Of a stretch of DNA of 64,000 nucleotides, positions 1 to 8,955 are shown in pieces. This stretch comes from Thermoproteota archaeon (GTDB lineage: Archaea; Korarchaeota; Korarchaeia; Korarchaeales; JAOZGB01): the NCBI GenBank assembly GCA_037917685.1, contig JAVCBU010000003.1, positions 225,309 through 289,308 on the forward strand. The letters run 5' to 3'. Position 1 is the stretch's first letter, and each line of letters begins with the position of its first letter. Both the position numbers and the translations under genes were made by a program. The notes under the pieces were generated by a model that saw only the letters and a list, made by a program, of their open reading frames with translations, was not told where the DNA came from and ran no database searches.

Positions 1-2
1 TT

Positions 3-395
3 GACTCGGCAGGATACTCTCTAGATCAGAAGCTAAGGCAGCTCCCCAGTCCAGAGGAGTCTGTTGAAAAGCTTACAGAGGAGGAGGCTAGGAGAACCGT
101 GCTCAACAGTCTTGTTGTATGCCTCTTCTCCAGGGGGATATACACCTTCCAGCATATATCGGAAGCTTTGAAACCCTTTGGCATAAACTACACTGTTGAA
201 GACCTTGAAAAACTTGGAACAGCGATCTACAGGGAGAGATGGAGGATTAAGCTCGAGTTTGGCTTCAAAGTCGAAGACTTGAAGGTGCCAGAGAGGGTGT
301 ATGAGACACCAGCAGGCCAGTGGGGAAACATAGACAGGGAATACATGGAAACAGCAATCAGCAAGTTCAAGGAGAAAATTGAGAGCCTCACATGA
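3..395 (+). CDS. Aldehyde:ferredoxin oxidoreductase-family protein, C-terminal part (5' end outside window)
   Basis: Frame is open from base 3: DSAGYSLDQK...EEEARRTVLNSLVVCLFSR...LGTAIYRERWRIKLEFG...VPERVYETP, typical of the AFOR C-terminal domain. Confidence 0.8.
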   Translation, partial: DSAGYSLDQKLRQLPSPEESVEKLTEEEARRTVLNSLVVCLFSRGIYTFQHISEALKPFGINYTVEDLEKLGTAIYRERWRIKLEFGFKVEDLKVPERVYETPAGQWGNIDREYMETAISKFKEKIESLT

Positions 396-1161
396 CCTCA
401 CATGTTACGGGTAAAGCTGCAAGTAGAGCTGCACCCTTTGCAACGGCATGTTTAAGCCTGGTCTTCAGAATCCTAGGCTTGAAACCTGGCAGTAGATGCT
501 CGTAGACCAGGCTTCTAAGCATTCGAATATCTAGTGCTAACCCTATACCCCCGCCGAGCACCAATACTTCAGGGTCTAAGATGTGGACAAGGCTGGCTAG
601 AGCCTTTGCTAACACCAACATTCTCTTAGGTTTGTTTACAGCACTCTTGTCTCCCTTAAAAGACCAGCCAGAATAGTAGGCTTCAAGATGGTCTGGTAGT
701 CCGCATATGCATCTATGCCCATCCATCCCTACATACGTGTGGCCAAGCTCTCCAGCATTGCCGGCTCCGAGGTAGGGTCTTCCATTAATTATTAGTCCAA
801 GCCCTATTCCTGTTCCTATGGTTACTCCGGCAAGGCTAGAAGTATATGGGTGTTCAAGCTGGTGGGAGGCATGGGCGAACGCTTCAGAATCCTTGAAATA
901 CGAAACATTCTCCGCCGGGGGCAGCCTGACCGTGGCTTTAAGGGACGCCATATAAACCCTATCAGCGTTTATTCTTACACCCGCCAGGGCTACTCCAAAA
1001 GCGTCACACTTACACCTTCCAGCAAGCTTCGAAATGAACTTGTCAAGGCTACTTAAAATGTTCAGGCTGGTTTTACCTTGATATATAAGCCTAAACCTCC
1101 CGCCCTGTAATTCTACTGCTACTATATTAGTGGCTCCAACATCCACTCCGATTGTGTCCAC
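388..1161 (-). CDS. ROK-family sugar kinase
   Basis: IGVDVGAT N-terminal motif, TIGTGIGLG, GNAGELGH and the CICG...LE zinc motif. Confidence 0.9.
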   Translation of the reverse strand: MDTIGVDVGATNIVAVELQGGRFRLIYQGKTSLNILSSLDKFISKLAGRCKCDAFGVALAGVRINADRVYMASLKATVRLPPAENVSYFKDSEAFAHASHQLEHPYTSSLAGVTIGTGIGLGLIINGRPYLGAGNAGELGHTYVGMDGHRCICGLPDHLEAYYSGWSFKGDKSAVNKPKRMLVLAKALASLVHILDPEVLVLGGGIGLALDIRMLRSLVYEHLLPGFKPRILKTRLKHAVAKGAALLAALPVTCEVM

Positions 1162-1208
1162 GGCAATACATGGGTTACGATTATATTTATCTGTGCATGT
1201 TGTACTGT

Positions 1209-2153
1209 ATGGATTCCAGAGATCTCATATTGAACTTCGCGAAAGATCACGGTGTCAACATTGTAAGTGATGGTGACCTGGACGGGATATTCGCAGCAGG
1301 CCTACTTCTCCGGGGCCTGAACCTCTGTGGCGTCGAGGCCGGCTTAGACTCTGTAAGTTTCCCTCATCCTCGAAATCTCATTGGGATGAGGGTTGAAGGA
1401 TCTTTTCTAATAGAGCTTCCCCCATCGAAGGGGCTAGAATATTCCGGGTGGAACCTGCTTGTCGACCACCATGGTGGGGTGAGTGGCCTGCTTCTCTACA
1501 GGGATGGGAAGGTTGAAAACCACCTTATGATGGACGGAGCGAGCGTGGCTGAAATAGTTGTGAAGGCTCTTAGACTTGAACTGTCCTCTGAAGCGCTGCT
1601 TCTCGTCGACGCTGTTGGTAAGATAGACCAGGCAATCTACGACTCAAAGTTGATTGAGGACCTTCACAAGGCGTACCGGCTTGAAATTTCAAACCCGGAC
1701 ATGAGGGTTAGAGTTGCTGGCTGGGTTTACAAGGGAGAATGGCGGAGGATAATAGAGTGGGCTACAGAGACAGGCGGGAAGTGGAGCCTAGTTGAAGAGA
1801 GGGAGAAACACCTCTACAATAATAGGGTAAGCCTGTGCAGTGGCATAGTATATTTCACATATGATGGTTATGACCCTCTTGACCAGGCAGCTATGAGGGG
1901 CGCCATGTTCAAGCTCGAAGAAGAGTATAAGGTTGTTATAGCAGTAAGGATTGAGGACGGCAAGCCTGTCTCAGCCAGTATTGGAACAAAACAAGATATT
2001 GACCTTCAACCCTTGTTCTCGAAGCTTGCAGCTTGCGGGCTAAGCGCCGGTGGTAGGGGGAACATAGGAGGAGTTCAGGTATCAGGCTTAAGCCTGGGAA
2101 ACTTCCTAGAGCTGGTTAGGAAGGCGCTCTTAGAGATCGGGCTCTGTGAATAG
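1209..2153 (+). CDS. DHH-family phosphoesterase-like protein
   Basis: DGDLDG motif I, LVDHH motif and C-terminal AGGR (DHHA1-like). Start placed at ATG 1209 because the ORF-track start overlaps the divergent ROK gene. Confidence 0.75.
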   Translation: MDSRDLILNFAKDHGVNIVSDGDLDGIFAAGLLLRGLNLCGVEAGLDSVSFPHPRNLIGMRVEGSFLIELPPSKGLEYSGWNLLVDHHGGVSGLLLYRDGKVENHLMMDGASVAEIVVKALRLELSSEALLLVDAVGKIDQAIYDSKLIEDLHKAYRLEISNPDMRVRVAGWVYKGEWRRIIEWATETGGKWSLVEEREKHLYNNRVSLCSGIVYFTYDGYDPLDQAAMRGAMFKLEEEYKVVIAVRIEDGKPVSASIGTKQDIDLQPLFSKLAACGLSAGGRGNIGGVQVSGLSLGNFLELVRKALLEIGLCE

Positions 2154-2948
2154 CTGTATCACGCCCATACCCATCGTCTTGTGCGTTCCAATATTAGTAT
2201 ACGTTGCAGCCTTCACTATTCCCGCCAGCAGTCTTGAATACTTCTCATGGTCCCTCTCGCTGAAACCTCTCTGCCTATCCACTATGTAGGCTACGTTGCC
2301 TATGAACCCCGGCAGCTTGAACTCGCCCTCCAGCCTTCGTGTTTCAAGCTTGTATCTCTTAGCTGTGACACATCTAGAAACCCACTCCTGAAGTCCCTCA
2401 TACTCATGGGAGAGGAGGCTGGGATCCACGGTTTTGAATATTGAGAGCATGGAGTTCAAAATCCTCAGAGGAGTAGGAAACAAGTCATACAAGTTCGATG
2501 CCGCCATTTTGAAGCATGTAGGTGTTACAAACCTTAGGGTGAAGCTTTTAATAGGCTTGCTTCCCCCTATGATCTGCCTGAAACTTGAGGCTTCGAACTC
2601 AGCATTGGCAACATTAAAATCTAGGCCGCCTACACTTATAGATCTCCCCAGGGACTCTATCATCCTAACACCGAAACCCTCAAAGCCCTTACTATATACG
2701 CAGACCGTAAAATGGTAGAGACTGTTCTTCCTAATATGTCTGGGCATTCTTAGAAGCCCTCTTTCATCCCTGTAGAGTATTGGCGTCACAGAGTATGTTT
2801 TACGCTTTTCATAGTCGTGGAGAAACGATGCAAGCTCGGGGTAGGCTTCTCCAAGCATCTTGAAGAATACCCCTTGGATATCGTGTCCTGTGAATTCTAT
2901 GTTCCCCTCGGACATGGCTGTAAGGTTAAACCTAAGCTGCTGTATCAC
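2130..2948 (-). CDS. cas6: CRISPR-associated endoribonuclease Cas6 (stand-alone in this window)
   Basis: LH...YSVTP, LRFVTPTCFK, FP.P.RI, GFIG and the C-terminal G-rich loop IGTHKTMGMG. Confidence 0.88.
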   Translation of the reverse strand: MIQQLRFNLTAMSEGNIEFTGHDIQGVFFKMLGEAYPELASFLHDYEKRKTYSVTPILYRDERGLLRMPRHIRKNSLYHFTVCVYSKGFEGFGVRMIESLGRSISVGGLDFNVANAEFEASSFRQIIGGSKPIKSFTLRFVTPTCFKMAASNLYDLFPTPLRILNSMLSIFKTVDPSLLSHEYEGLQEWVSRCVTAKRYKLETRRLEGEFKLPGFIGNVAYIVDRQRGFSERDHEKYSRLLAGIVKAATYTNIGTHKTMGMGVIQLFTEPDL

Positions 2949-2999
2949 ATGTGTGAAGGGGTAAGACTAATATATAACACTATGCCACAGCTTCACGCT

Positions 3000-4292
3000 C
3001 TAGCCTACCGTAACGTTGTACGACTCCCCGTTAATTATAACCTCGTAGTCTCCCGGCTTGAGGTTTAATACCTCTATGGTTGTCATGGCACAGCCTATGC
3101 ACTGGATACACTCAACATTAAGACTATAAAGCTCGATTTCCACCACCAGCCTTTTATCCTCCAGTGTAAGGCTTATCCTTGGGGTATAGCATGGATCTGG
3201 GGTTTCGACAGTGTGCGAGATATATAGTGAGCCGTTGCTACCCTCCACCTTCACGCCTGGAGGCTTAAACATGCAGCTACAGCTGTACTGGTAGCTCCAG
3301 ATCATGCCGCCTTCAAGAGCTGAGTCGATGAGTACTGGTAGGAAACCTGTTGAAATGGCATCCTCAACCGCGGACCGGGTTGCATACCTGTCATGACCCG
3401 CGATCACAAGGATAACCTGTCCTCTAAACATGCCTGGAGGGTTGTAGTAAACCTTGTAATTGCTGTCTGTCTCCAATGCTCCAGATATGCTGGGTGGAAG
3501 CAGGAACCTTGAGAGAACGCCTATGTCCTGGTAGGCTAGAGGTCCGCCGAGGACTATTAGTACCTTGCTATCAATCCCCTCCGTAAAGTTTTCCATGGTG
3601 TACAACCTATAGGTAAGACCACGTTCTCTTAGAATTTCTTCTATAACAGGCAGGCTTAACCCCCTGTCTATACTGTTCGCCACCACACCAATTTCATCCT
3701 TGGCGTCGAAGCCGTTGACCATTATGTTTGCATGGCTTGGGCCGCACCTAAAGCCCATTTGTTCAAGGTCTACCCCCTGCTCTAGCTTCGCCCACTTAAT
3801 TACAGCGTCGGCAGGCATAAAGTTCCCCTCTGTAACCATGTAGCTCGACGGGTCAGGCGGCAAGTGGATGATTCCCGCTTTCAACAAGAGACCTAGTGCG
3901 CATTCCAGCGGCTTTTCGGAGCCTTCAAGCGTCGTATTAGTTTTCAAAGCTGAATAGTTAATACCAGGGTATATCCTCGCTGTTGCCTCTATGGGTAATG
4001 GTGTCATGGGCCCGGCTGGAAGCCATATCCCAAGCCGGAAAACAACTGTTTTGAATTCCACCTCTCCACCGTCAACGGTTCTATGCACAATTGTACTCTC
4101 CCAGGCGTCAACACCTACAGCCCTAAGCCTATTGACTGCATCTTCAACTGAGATATGCTCCCTTAGAACAACACCTATATGAGACCCGGTAGGCGGACAA
4201 GATATAACAAAAGTACAGGCAGAAAATAGGATAGCTGTGACGAGGATCACAACACCTTTAGAAATCTTCATCAAATATAATCTCTCATGCAT
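3000..4292 (-). CDS. Secreted/surface protein with S-layer-C-like segment and Cys-rich C-terminal Ig-like domain
   Basis: Hydrophobic N-terminus (likely start MKISKG), LIVLGGPLAY...IAGHDRYAT motif and C-terminal TPDPCY...CIQCI...L.PGDYEV. Confidence 0.6.
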   Translation of the reverse strand: MHERLYLMKISKGVVILVTAILFSACTFVISCPPTGSHIGVVLREHISVEDAVNRLRAVGVDAWESTIVHRTVDGGEVEFKTVVFRLGIWLPAGPMTPLPIEATARIYPGINYSALKTNTTLEGSEKPLECALGLLLKAGIIHLPPDPSSYMVTEGNFMPADAVIKWAKLEQGVDLEQMGFRCGPSHANIMVNGFDAKDEIGVVANSIDRGLSLPVIEEILRERGLTYRLYTMENFTEGIDSKVLIVLGGPLAYQDIGVLSRFLLPPSISGALETDSNYKVYYNPPGMFRGQVILVIAGHDRYATRSAVEDAISTGFLPVLIDSALEGGMIWSYQYSCSCMFKPPGVKVEGSNGSLYISHTVETPDPCYTPRISLTLEDKRLVVEIELYSLNVECIQCIGCAMTTIEVLNLKPGDYEVIINGESYNVTVG

Positions 4293-4420
4293 GGAATTTA
4301 AGCATTTCTAGAAAGCTTCAATGATTGTTGAAGCTTTTATGTATGGGCTCAACATTCCCAGCAGGGGGAGGGAAAATCGCCGTTACAGATCTATTTCGCC
4401 ATGTTAGAATCTCACATAGC

Positions 4421-4440
4421 AAAAAAGGAGAAGGGGAGGG
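4421..4440 (-). terminator. Pyrimidine-rich/oligo-T archaeal terminator after cstA
   Basis: Minus strand reads CCCTCCCCTTCTCCTTTTTT directly after the cstA stop. Confidence 0.55.
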
Positions 4441-4441
4441 T

Positions 4442-6115
4442 TTACTCTTTCAATCTCTTATACGCTTTTACAGCGTCGTAGGCCACTATTGCGCCTAAGA
4501 TGAATAGGACCAGGCCTACTATTCCGAATATCCCGTTTAGAGTTAAAGCTACCGTTGGATAGTTTGCGAGGCTTCCCTTCACTATGGGTGTTCCGAGTTT
4601 TATCGCGCGGAAGAACCCTGCAGATTCAAAGATTAAGGCAGCTTCACATGTTATTATCATAAATAGCGCTGGCGCCAATGTGTATATTGTTGGTCTCTTA
4701 GTCTTAGCTAGGAAGATTGTTACGAGGGTTAGCGCCAGGCCTGCTAGTAGCTGGTTTGAACCACCGAACAACAGCCACAGGTTTATCCATGCCCCTGTGT
4801 ATGCGAATATATCAGCTATTATTAGCCCTATCAATGCCCCCACATACTTGTTCCCGAGAACTCCTCCTCCCACCATGTCTCCCCAGACAAGCCAGAAGAA
4901 TCTCACAGCTATTATCCCTATCGTTATGGCGTATAGCTCAAGCCACATGGCGTAGAATGCTTTAATCCATGCAACCCCGGCTCCACCCGGTGCTATAAGC
5001 TTTGCTGCCCCTGCTACGAGGCTTTCCCATTTTACTCCTCCAAGTGTCTTTATTTCATCGGGTGTTAGAACCATATACGCCGCTAGGGATGCCAGGGCGA
5101 GTAATCCCTCTGTAAGCATTGCTCCTGCCCCTACTGGCAGAGCGTCGGTTTCAACATCTAGCTGGGTTGCTGATCCTGAGGTTGATACCAGGCTATGCCA
5201 TCCTGAAATCGCACCACAAGCTATTGACACTGTTAGGATCGGCCAAATAGGCCCCGGGTTCCAGAAGTTACCGGTTGTCCCGAGTATTCCCCCCCATGCT
5301 GTCTGCTCGATCTTAACTCCTGTTACCGGTGAGATCAGGGCCGCCAGGATTAGGAGTATGATTCCGAATATTGCTGGGTATGATGCCACGTATACTACTG
5401 GCTGGGCGAAATACATTAACGGTGCAACTGCGCCGATAAACAGTATTATACTTGTAAATATCATCCAGAAGGTTAGGTTTGCGTACTCTATCGGGTATAG
5501 CTTGCCCAGGATTATGCCTATTATGGTTATGATTAGTCCTATGGCTGTAGATGTCCCTATTCCCATTTTTACTTTAAACATCAGTACCCCGCTTGCTATT
5601 CCCCCTATAATCAGGAATATGATTGATAGCACTGAGACCGGGTATGTTTTGAAGAATACGCTGCACAGGACTGCGAAAACCGCTATTATTAGGATCAGGT
5701 AGAAGAATAGGAATCCCATGAGCATCTTTCTTGCCCTTGGGCTTATATACTCGTAGGTTAGCGGCCCCATCGTTTTACCTTCATTCCTGACAGACATGAA
5801 GAGGGATGAGTAGTCATGGATCCATCCTATGAAAAAGTTTCCAAGTAGTATCCAGATGAGGGCTGGAACCCAGCCGTAGAATAATGCGATAAAGGGTCCT
5901 AGTATCGGTCCTAGGCCTGCGATGCCTTTAAACTGGAATCCGTACAGTACGTACCTGCTTACAGGGAAAAATGTTATTCCATCCATGTACATGTGGGCTG
6001 GAGTGGCCTTCTCGGGGTCGGGCTTCCAGACATTTTTGTCGTACCACTTTGCGTAGAGCTTGTACGCCGCGGCGTATACTACTAGACCTAGAACTACGAA
6101 CCAGAATGGATACAT
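4442..6115 (-). CDS. cstA: Carbon starvation CstA-family transporter
   Basis: TPAH...DG...P, IAGLGPILGP, HDYSSLFMSVRNEG, SIACGAISGWHSL, GAMLTEG and LWLLFGGSNQLLA motifs; polytopic. Confidence 0.93.
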   Translation of the reverse strand: MYPFWFVVLGLVVYAAAYKLYAKWYDKNVWKPDPEKATPAHMYMDGITFFPVSRYVLYGFQFKGIAGLGPILGPFIALFYGWVPALIWILLGNFFIGWIHDYSSLFMSVRNEGKTMGPLTYEYISPRARKMLMGFLFFYLILIIAVFAVLCSVFFKTYPVSVLSIIFLIIGGIASGVLMFKVKMGIGTSTAIGLIITIIGIILGKLYPIEYANLTFWMIFTSIILFIGAVAPLMYFAQPVVYVASYPAIFGIILLILAALISPVTGVKIEQTAWGGILGTTGNFWNPGPIWPILTVSIACGAISGWHSLVSTSGSATQLDVETDALPVGAGAMLTEGLLALASLAAYMVLTPDEIKTLGGVKWESLVAGAAKLIAPGGAGVAWIKAFYAMWLELYAITIGIIAVRFFWLVWGDMVGGGVLGNKYVGALIGLIIADIFAYTGAWINLWLLFGGSNQLLAGLALTLVTIFLAKTKRPTIYTLAPALFMIITCEAALIFESAGFFRAIKLGTPIVKGSLANYPTVALTLNGIFGIVGLVLFILGAIVAYDAVKAYKRLKE

Positions 6116-6154
6116 GTCGGGTCTTATACTAAGTGCCGTATTAGCTTTTAAAAT

Positions 6155-6784
6155 TTGCCGATAGCTTTAAGGATTGTGGGACTTGGGGTCCTTATAGTTT
6201 TCACTCTGACGGCTGTGATGCTTATATCCTACTTCTACGGTAGACATGTGAACTATTCGCTTCAAAGAGGTTACTGGAAGGTCCTATCAGGGGTTGTTAA
6301 ATCGTATTCCAAGAAGGTTAGCTATAGAAGTCTCGGTTCTTCGATGTTTCAAGTTTCATTCCCTTGCAATCCGCCGTTAAAAAGGGTTGAGATAACAGTT
6401 CTACTTATGGATAGAGAATTCTTAACCCATTACATAGCCTCAAGACTTATGGGGAGGAGTGACGAGTTTATTCTCAAGGCTTCTTTCAGTAAAGACCCAG
6501 ACTTCACCTTTCAGATAGGCGGAAAGGCAAAGGGAATGGACAGGCTTGAGCCTGGCTGGGTTGGCTTTGAGGTTTATACTGATAATAAAGCTAGAGCCAT
6601 AAGGCTTCTAGGAGATAACGAGTTTAGGAGAACTATTAGGAGACTTAAAGGCAGAATTAACCTTCTTGTTATAGGTGAAGGGGTGCCAAACATTCTGGTT
6701 AGGTGCAAAGCCGAATCTGAAGTGGCAAGGCTTATGCTTAGGCTTGCGGAGAGAGCCTCCCACCTAGTGGCATCTAAGGTTTGA
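6155..6784 (+). CDS. Single-TM membrane protein, CCDC47/DUF1682-like
   Basis: N-terminal TM followed by YFYGRHVNYSL..GYW and ITVLLMDREFL..IASRL..RSDEFILK. Resembles CCDC47 as recalled from memory; not searched. Confidence 0.55.
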   Translation: MPIALRIVGLGVLIVFTLTAVMLISYFYGRHVNYSLQRGYWKVLSGVVKSYSKKVSYRSLGSSMFQVSFPCNPPLKRVEITVLLMDREFLTHYIASRLMGRSDEFILKASFSKDPDFTFQIGGKAKGMDRLEPGWVGFEVYTDNKARAIRLLGDNEFRRTIRRLKGRINLLVIGEGVPNILVRCKAESEVARLMLRLAERASHLVASKV

Positions 6785-7267
6785 AAGGATTCCAATAAAA
6801 TTTTCTGCTTCTTCAACTGACATGTCTCCCTCAGCTACTATATCTATTCTTCTAGCCGTCTCCTTGCACATGAATGCTACCTCTATTTTAGTCCATCTTA
6901 TCATGTCTCCAAGTAAGAGGTACTTCCTCCTTCCAGCTTTTTTAATAGAGTACCCTGCGTTGTGGCCGTTAATCTTCACAAACCCTGACCTAACAGAATT
7001 TCTGGAAGCCTTAGCCACCCATCTATCCAGGTTAAAACCTAGGATGGGTTCCCTGACCGTTATCTTTACGGCTAAAGGCTTTTCACCCCTTATAATATTG
7101 AGTGTAATGTAGCCCGATGCAACCCACCTATCTCCACCTGTCTCTCTCACGAGTTCAACATCTATATAGCCTGCAGGCCTAATCTGCCATTCTTCAGGTA
7201 GGAGGATACTTACGAACCTTACCTCTCCAAGGATTGGATTTTTGGCGTCGATGTTAGCTTTCTGCAT
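6764..7267 (-). CDS. Hypothetical soluble protein ending in ...LRCH
   Basis: 167-aa ORF with normal codon usage, inside the cstA-arsA cluster; AT-rich divergent promoter at ~7283-7300. Confidence 0.7.
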   Translation of the reverse strand: MQKANIDAKNPILGEVRFVSILLPEEWQIRPAGYIDVELVRETGGDRWVASGYITLNIIRGEKPLAVKITVREPILGFNLDRWVAKASRNSVRSGFVKINGHNAGYSIKKAGRRKYLLLGDMIRWTKIEVAFMCKETARRIDIVAEGDMSVEEAENFIGILSNLRCH

Positions 7268-7335
7268 TCAATATGGGCATCCTAAATTAAATATTAAAAG
7301 TGTGATGTGCCCAGAATACTCTGGCTTGAAAAGGT

Positions 7336-7590
7336 ATGCTCAGAAGGTTTAAATCAATATTAAGGGATTTCTTCTACGGCTTTGCCGTTCTAACTCCAGT
7401 TAAGTCTCTCAAGAAGGCTAAATTCATAGAGGACTCTGCAATGATGATTGTTGCCCTGGGCGACATGCTTGGTATACCATTTGCGCCGCCGATTTACAAG
7501 CTTAGAATTTTGCCATACTTTATTCCAATGGTCGGATTATGGAAGGAGTACATTTTAAAGGAGAAAGATATAGTGGAGAAGCTCGAATAG
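7336..7590 (+). CDS. Small CstA/ArsA-associated hydrophobic protein, paralog 1 (cory-CC-star-like)
   Basis: FFYG...MMIVALGDMLGIP..PP.Y.L..LPY...W...EKDI; clear paralog of 7654..7941. Confidence 0.75.
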   Translation: MLRRFKSILRDFFYGFAVLTPVKSLKKAKFIEDSAMMIVALGDMLGIPFAPPIYKLRILPYFIPMVGLWKEYILKEKDIVEKLE

Positions 7591-7653
7591 AAGCTGAAAA
7601 TTACAAACTTTTTTAAGCGGTGCTTTCCCCAACTATTAAGTGGTGATTGCAAG

Positions 7654-7941
7654 GTGTTATTCAAAAGGAAAAAGAAGGAGGAGGGGTCTGGAGAGGAGGT
7701 TAAGGAGGCTATAAAAGGAGTTTTCTATGGTATGGCTTCGCATCAAATGGTTAGATACATGCTTAAGACAAGGATGTACCTTGAGCATCTCTTCATGTTG
7801 ATAACCCTCGGCGACATGTTGGGGATACCGATACTTCCTCCTTACTATTCTCTAAAGCTTTTGCCCTATGCCCTACCTAATATTGAAAGTTGGAAGAGGA
7901 GGCTTTTCAAGGAGAGAGACATAACAGACATGCTTTATTAG
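7654..7941 (+). CDS. Small CstA/ArsA-associated hydrophobic protein, paralog 2 (cory-CC-star-like)
   Basis: VFYG...LEHLFMLITLGDMLGIPILPPYYSLKLLPY...W...ERDI. Confidence 0.78.
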   Translation: MLFKRKKKEEGSGEEVKEAIKGVFYGMASHQMVRYMLKTRMYLEHLFMLITLGDMLGIPILPPYYSLKLLPYALPNIESWKRRLFKERDITDMLY

Positions 7942-7950
7942 GGGATAGGT

Positions 7951-8955
7951 ATGCCCGTATCCCTACCCGAATTTCTTAGAGAAAACCCGGACATTAAGAT
8001 AATAGTCTATGCAGGCAAGGGGGGCCTAGGAAAAACCACCTGTAGTGCCGCAACAGCCTACTGGTTCGCCAAGCAGGGGAGAAAGCCCCTATGCTTTAGT
8101 ACAGATCCCCAGGCTTCCCTAAGCGACATATTTGAAAGAGATATCTTTGGGAAAGGCGTCGTGGAAATCATACCCAACCTCTACGTTGTAGAGATAGACG
8201 CTGACCGGAGAATCTCCGAGTTCCAGGATGAGATCAGAAAGCAGATAAAGGAGATGTACGGGTTAGAAGAGGTTCCGGGGGAGATTGAAGAGTATATCAA
8301 GACGTCTGCCTATGAGCCCGCGATGCATGAATCTGCAACCTATGATGCAATGGCAGACCTAGTCGCTAGTGGGAAGTATAATCCCTATATTTTCGACATG
8401 CCGCCCTTCGGCCACGGGGTTAGGATGATCTCAATGGCTCAGATACTTGACGCATGGATTGACAAGATGGAAGAGACCAGGAAGAAGGCTGCCGAATATG
8501 CTGCAGCAGCTGCTAAGCTTAGGGGAATCTCATCTGAAACCGAGGACGCTGTTATAAGGGAGCTTACATCTATTAGGGAAAAGCTTGACTTCTTCAGGGA
8601 CATGCTCACAAATGAGAGAACCTGCGCGTTCTTCATGGTTCTAATACCAGAAAAAATGGCTATACTCGACACCAAGAGGGCTCTAGAAATGTTTAGGAAG
8701 CTTAAAATAAGGCTTAGCGGTGTGATTGTCAACCAGGTTTACCCTCCAGAACTACTTGAAAGGAGAGACATAACCGACTTTCTAAGGAGAAGAATTGAAA
8801 TGCAACAGAGATATATGAAGGTTATTAACAGGGAGCTCGGGGAGTACGTCAGGGCTGTAATACCAATGTTCGACAGGGAGCCGAAGGGGATAGATATGAT
8901 TGCAAAGGTTGCCGAGCACATGTTTGAAAAGCCAGGTTTGGAGGTGTTTGAGTAG
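7951..8955 (+). CDS. ArsA/Get3/TRC40-family ATPase, canonical subunit
   Basis: P-loop GKGGLGKTT, switch I STDPQASL, switch II DMPPFGH, PEKM and IVNQV motifs. Confidence 0.93.
   Translation: MPVSLPEFLRENPDIKIIVYAGKGGLGKTTCSAATAYWFAKQGRKPLCFSTDPQASLSDIFERDIFGKGVVEIIPNLYVVEIDADRRISEFQDEIRKQIKEMYGLEEVPGEIEEYIKTSAYEPAMHESATYDAMADLVASGKYNPYIFDMPPFGHGVRMISMAQILDAWIDKMEETRKKAAEYAAAAAKLRGISSETEDAVIRELTSIREKLDFFRDMLTNERTCAFFMVLIPEKMAILDTKRALEMFRKLKIRLSGVIVNQVYPPELLERRDITDFLRRRIEMQQRYMKVINRELGEYVRAVIPMFDREPKGIDMIAKVAEHMFEKPGLEVFE

Noticed and set aside
4312-4337. 10-bp inverted repeat AAAGCTTCAA-N6-TTGAAGCTTT upstream of the 3000..4292 gene
   Set aside because: Real, but single-copy with no assignable regulator; could be chance.
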